Assembly (NCBI GenBank): GCA_951406725.2
Contig: OX597832.1
Span: forward strand, 9,920,001 to 9,984,000
Direction: 5' to 3'
Origin: Octopus vulgaris
Lineage: Eukaryota
DNA length: 64,000 nt
Below, piece after piece: positions 53,379 to 64,000 of the stretch. The notes under the pieces are model-generated. The model saw nothing but the letters and a program-made list of their open reading frames with translations, did not search any database and was not told the DNA's origin. Position numbers and translations under genes: made by a program. Numbering within the stretch: position 1 is the first letter of the stretch; the number at the start of each line of letters is the position of its first letter.

Positions 53379-53973
53379 TAAGTGTGTGTGCGTGTGCGTG
53401 TTTGGTGTTATTGCACTATCGTAGTGATATTATATTTACATCTAGTGTTCATGTACTCAAGACAGAAACTTATAACAGGCAGGTATATATCGAAGAAACC
53501 TTTAAACAAACCTTGACACACACACTGTTATAAGACAAATATTCTAATATTATATTAGTGTCTGCCATTCAGGTTATCATATACAAACGAGTAATACAGA
53601 TACAATCAAGTTTCAGATCTGAACAACGATCAACTGATCTGCATTGGGGAGGAAAAATATCCAGAATATAAGCAGGAGACCTCAGCAGGAAGAAATGCCT
53701 AGCTACTATTAAACAGGAAGCTGGAAAATAACTTCCACTACTATATACTAAAACATACGTACCTTCAATTTTGGTGACACGAGTTCCTTATCAACGGACT
53801 GTCTCCAAATATTAGGAAACTGCACATGAAATGGCAAATTGTTGATAATAATTTTTGTGTGATTATAGCAAATTGGTGGGGGAACAACTTCATTTGCACC
53901 ATAGTATCTTATTATAGGCTACATTCTGTATATTATGTGTGTATACACCCTATATTATATATGTATGTGTGCA

Positions 53974-54031
<58 letters not shown>

Positions 54032-55467
54032 CATTTATAATGAGTAGGATCTATTAAAATAGACCGTTGAAGCGTATTTCAGTTGGAAATAACAACTGCA
54101 AATATTTTAAAAACTAGGCATTGTAGTGTATTTAATGCTATCAGTATTGTGTTTGCAAATGCTTTGAATGTAATGGAAATAATTATTATATGGCGTTTTA
54201 TCTCGTTACTACGGATCATGAAACATTCTCTGCAGCTTGTGTCTATAGACTGCAAGTATTTCAATCAATGTTAATAAGAATATAATACGTAAAAGTAATA
54301 AAATTATTTCCGACCATAATGCTACGAATCCATCATGCATTCTTAGGGATTAGTGTGTCAAAAAGCAATGGTCTTTTTTTCTTTTTATCAATTTGCGATT
54401 GTATCAAATTTTTGTATTTTATAGAATTCCATGCAATATACGAAACAAAGCGTTGCTATCTAATTGTGCCGAAGATCTACTATTGAGCAGATATTGAAAC
54501 GAGCGCTCATAGTGACACTATCCTTTTCCAAAAGAAATCGTTTCCCAGCATATCCTTTTAGTAACTATAGCATGTTATTCATTAAAAACATAAGCATGTG
54601 CACATCATATATCAGATACAAAACGATTTCTGATGATAATGAACATTATGTAATGATAGCAAAAAAAGTAAAGAAAGGAAATGAGCAATTCAGCTCAACC
54701 ATTTTAAATATAATGATAAACATCTTTCTAAAATGAAGTTTAAATATTAAAATTTAATGTGCTAAGGAACAAGAGGATTTTGTGCATTATGCGAACATAT
54801 TAATGTTTGCTTTGATTTACGTGACGTTGAAATTGTTTTCTCATTTAGATAACCAAAATTAGATTGCTATGATTTTGTATTGCTCATTTTAGCGTATTTC
54901 AAATATTACATAATTTTATTTTTTTTACAAATATTGAAATAAGAGACTAAATTCGATAATACAACATCACGATAACTATCTATTTCATAATATATCAAAA
55001 GATATGTATATTATTAAAAATCTTCAAAGGTTTATCGCAATTGTTATATTCTTTGCTTCAGACATACAAAGGAAACGTTGCATCATATTCCAAACATACT
55101 CACGGAAACACACATACATTTACACACTCAGATATGTACCTAAATTTACGCATGCACATTCATGCACGCATGCATGGTCGGGTGTATATATATACATATG
55201 TGTGTGTGTGTCTGTCTGTCTCTGTGCGTGTGTACGTATGCATGCGTGTATGTATACGCTGAAAATATGTACACGTATACAAGTATATCTGCGTATATAT
55301 TCAATAAATTTTCACGTAAAAATGTAAAATGATTTCATTCTATCATTTAATGAGGTGATAGGAGAAAGCCAAGGAAAATATATAGACTAAACAGTTCAAC
55401 CAACGAAGGATAGAGACCCAAATACGCATTCATGAATAAAATATGATGTATGTATGTGTGTATATGC

Positions 55468-55529
<62 letters not shown>

Positions 55530-55791
55530 TCTTGTGTCATTGTACGCGTGTTTGTTTATGTATAAACATCCATTCCTAAAAAGATATAAAGTAAGTGCCA
55601 GAATCAATATTTTGTCTTTAAAATTTGTAGAACCAGGCGAAAATATTTGTATAAACTATACTGAGTCTGTCCAATATTATATTTGGAAATGCCCTATAAA
55701 TTCTGCTGAATGAAGAGCGGGCGTCAGACACTGCTTGAATACATACTCACATACATACAAACATACATATAAATATATATACATACATACA

Positions 55792-55937
<146 letters not shown>

Positions 55938-56179
55938 ATTTGGCACTGGGCCGGCAATTTCATCGATCCGAGAGGATGAAAGGCTAAGTCGACTTCGGTG
56001 GTGCTGTGTGTATATGTATAGAGGATTGGCCAAAAGTCACCTAAAAGTAAACCGAGACCTTTCAATTCCAAGATATGTTTACGTTCAACAACTGAATGAA
56101 TTTAATAAAAGCATCTAGATATGAAAAGTGTTCAAACTGAAGTCCTTCTTGAGCGAGCCAATACAGAATAACAGATAGT

Positions 56180-56361
56180 ATACATTATTTACAATGGACG
56201 GATATTTGTCCTCATCCTGTTTGTTGTTAACACAATGTTTCGGCTGATATACACTCCAGCCTCTAAAGCATTACGCCATATGCTTATGGGCATATGGCGT
56301 AGTAGTTAAGAGCGTGGCTGCTAACCCCAAGATTCTGAGTTCGATTACAGGCAGTGACCTG

Positions 56362-56399
<38 letters not shown>

Positions 56400-56425
56400 A
56401 AACAATAATAATAATAATAATGATA
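56180..56425. mobile_element. Second head-to-head pair of the hammerhead-tailed SINE
   Basis: Minus-strand internally deleted copy at 56180-56283 (head GCATATGGCGTA fused to AGGCTGG..CAGCCGAAACATT tail). Plus-strand head at 56287-56361 with B box GAGTTCGAT, then (AAC)n(AAT)n. Confidence 0.85.
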
Positions 56426-56427
56426 AT

Positions 56428-56860
56428 GCACAATATATTCATCTGCAAAACCCTGTACTTGACCCATGATAAAAACTGTGGGAACACAACCAATCTCCAG
56501 TACTTGAAAATGATTGCATCTCATTCCTCTGGAACTTCATCATTCAAACTGACAGAAAGATATGTGCAAATAGGCCAGACATCATATAGAAAGTCTTCAG
56601 ACAAAAATCATGCCGCCTCCTTGACTGTCCCAATCGATATAAACGTATCTGCCAAGACCTACCAAAATCTGAGCATGCATAAAGATCTTGAAATAGAAAT
56701 TAACAATACCTGGTGGCATAGGTGCCCTTGGAATGATAGCAAAAGGAGCTGATTGCTACCTATCTCAGGTACCAGGAAACCTCAAAATGGCAGATTTCCA
56801 AAAGATACTGTTCATGGGAAGTGCCCATATTCTACGCAAAATACGCTCTATGTCATCCCA
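56428..56860 (+). mobile_element. R4/Dong-type non-LTR retrotransposon restriction-like endonuclease remnant
   Basis: AQYIH, TVPIDINVSAK, KDLEIEI, IGALGMIAKG, QKILFMGSAHILRK. Begins immediately after (AAT)n. Confidence 0.85.
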
Positions 56861-57925
56861 TCGGCACAACGGAAACAGAAATCTCTCTGCCTCCAAATAT
56901 ATGTGTCCATGTGCAGCATCTGTAATTCTTACTTGAACCTTCATCCATCCGTAAGAGAAATAAAGAAATTCACCCCGTACCAACAGCCTCACCGGCTCCC
57001 ACTAATTACAGTCTCTTCCAGTATTTCCATTATTTCCAGACGCTCATTCTCAAATACAGAGATATGCATAAGTCAGTATGGTACCATACAGAGATATACT
57101 ATTGAAATTGCTTGTATACAATCATTTATCCTCAATTAGTGGCACACAACATCGCATTCTAACATTAATAGGCAGTTTTACCCATCGGTAATTTAAGATT
57201 CCTTACTGCTTATCTCACTTAACACAAGCTCAAAGCTTTTCTACTCTTCACTTCGGTAGAAATCCTATAATTTGAAACATAAAATATGTTTCCTTTTCTT
57301 TATACATGTTTTCTTTCCTTTATGGGTTTTCTTTTCTTTATATAATTTACTATTTATCAAAACATTTTCCTTATTATATTATCTATTTAATCGATCATCA
57401 TATTTAAGTTACATATGCATGTGGGCGCGTGCGTGACTGTGTTGTAAGATTTTAGTTTCTCAACCGCATGGTTCCGGTTTGAGATTTACTCCATTACACC
57501 TTGGCAAATGTCTTTTGCTATAGTCTTGGTAAAAGGAAATTGAAATAAGTAAAGTTATATATGTACACAAACACGCACGCATACACACGCACACACACAT
57601 AAATATTATCTCAAACATTTTGAATCGGAATTCGGTGGCAATTTCAATTTCCAGCGGCGTGAGGAGAGGCTCTGTTAAGAGCTTCGATATTTGAAGTAGC
57701 GCGGAATATGTATCAAACTGTTTTTAACAATACATGTACCTCCTCAAAAATATATCGAGTGACTTTCTTTCGTTTGTCCACTCTGTAGTGAGTGTTTGGT
57801 AAAGAAGAAATACTTGAGATAAACGTATAATCTAACGTCGTCATGTTTCTGAAAATACTGGAATCACAACGGGGTTGGGATTAAAAGCACCGTAGATACA
57901 TACTAACGTACATACACATATTTAA

Positions 57926-57978
<53 letters not shown>

Positions 57979-57981
57979 GAG

Positions 57982-58040
<59 letters not shown>

Positions 58041-58257
58041 CAGACAGAGAGACAGATTGATACATAGATATACATAGATAGATAAATATATATATGTAGA
58101 TAGATAGATAAATAAATAGATAGATAGATATATAGATAGATAGATATAGATGTATTATAACGCGTTGGTTAAGATTGTTATTCAGATATTTTTCACTAAG
58201 TATTTGAATGAGTATGTTTGTGTTTGCGTGTAAAGGTGATTGTGTTTGCGTGTATAG

Positions 58258-58425
58258 GAAGAAGAAGAAGAAGAAGAAGAAGAAGAAGAAGAAGAAGAAG
58301 AAGAAGAAGAAGAAGAAGAAGAAGAAGAAGAAGAAGAAGAAGAAGAAGAAGAAGAAGAAGAAGAAGAAGAAGAAGAAGAAGAAGAAGAAGAAGAAGAAGA
58401 AGAAGAAGAAGAAGAAGAAGAAGAA
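58258..58425. repeat. Uninterrupted (GAA)56
   Basis: Direct count. Confidence 0.98.
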
Positions 58426-60999
58426 GGATGTTGTGGTGTTGTGGAAGCGCAATGAACTTGTCGAAAGGGCGTCTCAGTCGATCAAATCTGACAGTTTCCT
58501 GTCGTCCCTAAATGTCCAACACCGTACAGTTTGGTGTAGCTTTTAACTCGGTATTGAACGGAATAAAGTGTATTCAAAGTATGCCAAACTACATTGTTAC
58601 TTTTCAATACGTGAATCTATGAACTTTTGTGGGTTGGTAGCCAACATTTACGAGACTGTTTCCTCGGTATTAACGAATCTGCCACTATGTCGCATGAATT
58701 GGGTCAAAATTTGTAATTTCTGATGCATCATTATTTACTCCTTACTTCTTTCAAACTGTTTCGTTCCAAGTATTTCATCATCATTTTGTACTCATCATCT
58801 TTTGCATTAAGAATTGATGAGCATAATATTTGTTATTGAACCTGAGAGAGTTCGAAGCATATTCAGGTGACAGGTACACTTTTTTAAGAAATTTTTCCTC
58901 AAATTTACCTCGATTGTAATTGAAGTTAGAAGTCTTCAAACTGATATACTATGGAATAGTACATCAGTCGAATTGCTATACATTTAATATATTAAGAAGC
59001 CTCATTCAAACAACCTTAGGTCGATAATCCTGGAACCATCTTTACCGAATTGTTGTTCCTGGTGTATTTTGATTAATTGTTATTTGTTTCTTAAAAAACA
59101 ACATTAATTGTGGACACATGCACGTTTGCAAAGCATTCATAAAACATTGCTAGAACAGCGTGCAGGCATGATCTAAAATCTCTGTCAAGATAAACTTCAA
59201 GTTTATTTAATCTTACATAATTGAAAAAATATCGGTGATAATATCCATCCATACGTTTGTATAGATGGGAAACATTAAGCTATATGATTATGATTTGAAG
59301 CATTCAAAGCATCGGAAATCTTATGAACTTTTCAAAGTAATGTTAATGTTCCAGATGAAAGAAATTTTGCCATTTTAATGTTACCGGATAACTGATCTTC
59401 TACTTTCTTTAACTCCTGTTGAATGGTGTGTGAACTTCAAGGGAAAAGGAGCGAGATAAACTGGATGTGACCTTCGGCCGCAGGATTTCAGGAAAGTCAA
59501 TTCTTTTGCATTGAAATCCATTTGATGTTTATTATTGAAAAATTGGAATTTTCATAGCCAGAACAAAAGTTACTTCTAGAGACATTTGCTTTGGGAAAGA
59601 CAGGAATTTTAATTAATTCAGAATATTTCGGGAAACGTTATAATCTTCACTTACACTTTTAAATCTAATATTGATACAAGTAAAGTATTTCGAATTTATC
59701 TAGAAATAATCACAGAAAAGAAATCCCGCTGAACAAGCTTGTTTACTATTAAATATTTACAGATTATTGCACTCCTTATCGCCTTATCGTGTCTGCAAGT
59801 TCGAAGTATCACATACATGATCGCTCTATATTACGATGCTATCTAATTCGAGGATACAACAGACCTGTCGAAATGTAAATCTACACGTAATACGACGCAA
59901 AAATCTGTTAAACTTTAGGTGGAAGTCTTCAAACAGATGTATCGTGGAAGGAATTAAATAGTTATACCTGTAATACTGACAAATTTAGCTCGATAATTCG
60001 GAAGCACGTTGTTTTTTCGAAATAATATCCTAAAGGACACAAATTAAGCAATATCTCGGAAGGACGGCATATAAACGTCAATTTTATGACTTAAACTGAT
60101 AAATGGAACTCTGTCTAAAAGTCACGTATGCAACTCCGGCACATGAAGCACCGAAGAGCTATATGGTGTAAAATATTAACAATTGGTGTGAAACATTATA
60201 TTCTACTCAGAGTATGAGGTCCCTTATCATTTGTTCGTAAAGTGATTTTACAAATTGGAGCATTAGCGAAGAATTTTAACAACAATAGAAATACAGATAT
60301 CGATGCAGCCACTGAATTGAATTAACTTATAGCAAAAAGTAAATTTTGTGATATCGTATGAAGAGGTGATCAAATTTTATATTATACCATTTTAAGCGTA
60401 TTTTATTTACGTCATGGATGCCACGGATGAAGAGTGCTTTCACGTGTATTTATAGATACGTATGTAGGAGAGAAAGAAGATTTACACCAATCAAATTGTT
60501 TCCAGCGTATAATTAACTCAGAATATTTCGGGAAACACTATAATATAGATAATTAGGGAGTGAAAGATAATAAGGTTCCATTTCTGCCTCGTTATTTCAA
60601 CTTTCCAAGGGAAAAGAAAAGTGCAGCAAAATATTTGCATACAAATAAGGCTGACTAGTTCGAACACGAAGATATGGAAGTTCCCATTACTTAGATGGTG
60701 AGGATAAACCCCACCATAGAGTGATTATCCCTGATTTATCCTCCAGACAGTGACATGCTGAACTCGCTCATTTCTATGTGTGGTGTGCAATTCAATAAAT
60801 TACTTGAAACATATCAATACTGAAACTAATCAAATGGAACATACATTATTCGCGCTGACAATTAAATATTTACGCACTGATGCAACCCAATTAGTATAAC
60901 GGCAATGTGTCACCAATCATGTATAGTTATTGAGTCATTTAAATTTCACCTTCCAAAACATATTCCAGATTATGCTTATTCTACCTCATATTAGGTTTT

Positions 61000-62800
61000 T
61001 AGTGTTTTCTGGCAGAGTCCCATTGGTCTCTCTTTGCTACGAAGAAACCTTCTGCTTCACATTTATGTCCAATACTTCTTAACGACAAAACAGATTTTGC
61101 TGTGCCTTTTCGTCAGTTGGCAATCATTTTATTATGGATTTTTGTAATTCGAAATTTCTTTTACGTTTAAATTACATCTTGATACGTGATACGTTTCTCC
61201 AAGCTTTGTTAGACATCTGGTATTTTTGTCTCTCTATAATAATCTTTGCTTCTCCAAAATAAAGGATTTCATGTCTATTTGCATAAGCCTTACTTGAAAT
61301 CGTATCCGACATTATTGTAGTCCAACAATAGACATTTTTTAATAGTTTACTACTTGTAAAATACACTTATAAAAATACTCTTCTTTCAATATTAGATATG
61401 TTGTTATCTATTAAATAGAAGACATTGTTTATGTGGTTTCTTGTTTACTATATCTAGTCCCTTCACTGTGCAGTATAGAAAATTATGACTGTAATCTTTA
61501 CCAAGATTTCTTGAGTGTTGATACCTATTACAGCTTTTATTTAGATCGGTTTTAACTGTTAATATTATTCGTCTATAGATTTCTTTCCAGATCAATTCCA
61601 GTCAGTTGCGCATTTTTTACATAAAGTAGTTCATTGAGATCCATATATTTGTCTGTCTGCGTTTGGTTTCATAATCTTATCTTAATTTATCATCTTCTAA
61701 GATAGATTTTTTAAATTAAATTTCCTTGTTTAAAGTTAGCTCTTGTGCAATTCTTATCTTTTATGAATTAGGGTATTATCTGCAGTAATATATCAATATA
61801 TTCATGTTTTGCAGAAGATCATCCTTATTACAAAATAAAAAATAAAAACAAAAAATGGCATCCGCATCCAGTTCAGTTTAGTATGTCGATCAAAGCTTTC
61901 AACAGCAGACAAAAATATCTTGGAGAACTAGTTACTCTTGGAGCATAGTTGTTCTAAAAGACTTTCCTTTGTATGACAGTGAAGGAAAACATATTTGTCA
62001 CAAACCCATGACAGGTTTAATGTCTTTTTCCATTGTTGATGCCATCTTATTCACGACTAGCATTTTCAGTGTGCTTATTTTACGAATTCTATGAAAAACT
62101 CTCCAGTTCTCAATCAACGCTCCGCATAAGACATTTTTTTATTGCTTTAGCTCATGGATTAAGAATGGCTTTTTACCGCCATATGAAATTTCGCATCACC
62201 ATTTCTTGTCTTCTGGGTTTTTATTGTTACCTTCTCTATATGAGAATTATTTTCTGGAATATTATATAACTTAAGGATTTTCAAGAATGTGCGCTTTGTG
62301 TTGATCATTAAATAAGAATGGCTCTCTCTCGTGTGAAACTGCCAGGCTTCCTCCCTGGCTCATCAGTACATAATTAAAATTCTCTATTAGCAACTTCTGC
62401 TTCACTCATGCATTTTAAACTAGAAGATGTGAAACATGTGAAGGCTGGTAACTACTAATTCATAATATCTTACAACACCCGAAGTATTGTTATTGTACAT
62501 AAGGATGCCCACACTTGCTTTGAGTCTGTGTTCATATTTCTTCATTCTTGTCCCATTCTTTGCACATATGTTACTGTTCATACTGCATTAAATTCCATCT
62601 AACACAATCGATTTTCGGAGTAGAAATTTTTGATAGAACCATTGTGGGTTCAATTCTATATGTTTCTTTTTCTTTAATGAAACATTAGAGTATTACATAC
62701 TCGCAGATATTGTGAGATGTGTTATCTTTAGTTATGTCGTTTCTTTATTGATCTCTTTCAGATGTACTTTTTTGCTTTTATTTTTAAGGATTATTTGATA
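61000..62800. mobile_element. Very decayed non-LTR RT remnant(s)
   Basis: Weak motifs: plus-strand VD.KAFN near 61880-61900; minus-strand ENWR near 62105 and an SPGED-like stretch near 62350. Confidence 0.35.
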
Positions 62801-64000
62801 AATATATCACGCAAAATCCACTTATATTTTACTGAACATTTCTTAATTTAATTGATTTATGAGCATGCAGTGTAAAATAACTAATTTTATAAATATGTAA
62901 CATAAATTACATATAAATACATGTAAATTTATAACTGCGTCTCCATCAGTTTTTTGTTAATGTTTAATTATCGAATTTGATCTTATATGCTGATAAAATA
63001 TTTTATTCCATCCAATCAAAAATATTAGATGATGGATATTACATGATTTATTTAAAAGGTTCCAACATCAATAAAATATATCATTTCCTCTCGCTTCATT
63101 CTTTGAATATTAATAAACATGGCGTGTTGGATAAAATATGCGCAACGTACAAATGTTAAGACGATCAAATCCTCAATTAAAATCTCAAATTATTTCCGGG
63201 GTATTTTCAAAGGGAAGTGAAGTTAACTAAGCAAGATATTAACATAACCGACAATCTTCCTGGAATCTTCAATCGTTTTCTAAGGGATTTCCTTAGACAT
63301 TGTGATGCATTGATATCAAGCATAAATCTGATACTTGCGAGCGCAAAGGTTCACTGTTTCGAATGCATTTAAGATCATATGAAACAGCTTCAATCTGAAT
63401 TTCATTAAAAATAAAACCCTAATCAATCTAATCAATTTTGCTTTGTTTAGAGGAAAGGGGAAATATTCATAAACTGTGGGGAGTATTTCTCACTGGTAAA
63501 CATGGAAGCTTAATCATTCTCTATATATTTCAATGAATTGAACAACATTTCACGACTAAGATAATGGCATTTAAATTGAAGACAGCTTAAAGAAAATGTC
63601 ATATATATATATATATATATCACACGGAGTTGCCTAACTATATTAGCATTCTGAAAGAATACAACATCTACTGCTGCACAAGACTATTTCCAATGGGAGT
63701 AACTGAAGTTATAGCAAGGTCGGAAATCATATAGGTCAATGTGAATTGGTATATTAGTACCATATATATATATATATATATATATACACAAGGTGTCAGT
63801 TTGGTTGTGAAACTAGGGTATTTCCAGAGGGTTGCTGGAAGCCTATATAGGCGGTACGTGGATTCAAAATATACACACATTCATATAAGTATTTATCTGC
63901 ATATACATACAAGTCAATCGTATACACATACTCAGGCACAAGCACACACACGCACACACACACATACACGCACACGAGTCCAATCCCACTGCGTGGCACC

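Noticed and set aside
53440-53830. Possible decayed GIY-YIG C-terminus (LLNRKLE)
   Set aside because: Too degenerate to call without a profile search.
59610-60545. ~33-bp repeat TCAGAATATTTCGGGAAAC at about 59618 and 60518
   Set aside because: Short, direct and without other structure; the intervening sequence could not be assigned.
62335-62370. Minus-strand CTGATGA followed by a perfect GCCAGG/CCTGGC stem
   Set aside because: No GAAA follows stem II and there is no stem I or III; it lies in a probable LINE remnant.

Overview
AT-rich, gene-free eukaryotic DNA saturated with (TA)n, (CA)n, (TATC)n and triplet microsatellites. The SINE families present resemble those I recall from coleoid cephalopods (Octopus-like; inferred, not checked). 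No host protein-coding gene is supportable, and most listed ORFs are microsatellite read-through. The window is a mobile-element landscape: a Tc1 relic with TIRs, an internally deleted mariner, several Penelope-like elements (PLEs), R4/Dong-type LINE remnants, a TSD-flanked bipartite RTE derivative and at least four tRNA-derived SINE families. One PLE is a GC-rich, near-intact RT+GIY-YIG copy at 39951-42827. The main unannotated signal is a set of hammerhead-ribozyme (HHR) elements: (i) a well-folded type I HHR at 23421-23525 inside a ~340-bp unit embedded in (TA)n; (ii) a tRNA-headed SINE with an HHR tail that occurs as head-to-head inverted pairs at two loci (49.0-49.5 kb and 56.2-56.4 kb), a candidate PLE-mobilised ribozyme SINE; (iii) a PLE terminal HHR whose core reads CUGU(U/A)GA in two copies. 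Separately, a Nin-domain SINE is repeatedly joined to the same internal site of older SINE copies, and there are perfect fold-back palindromes at (TA)n tracts.
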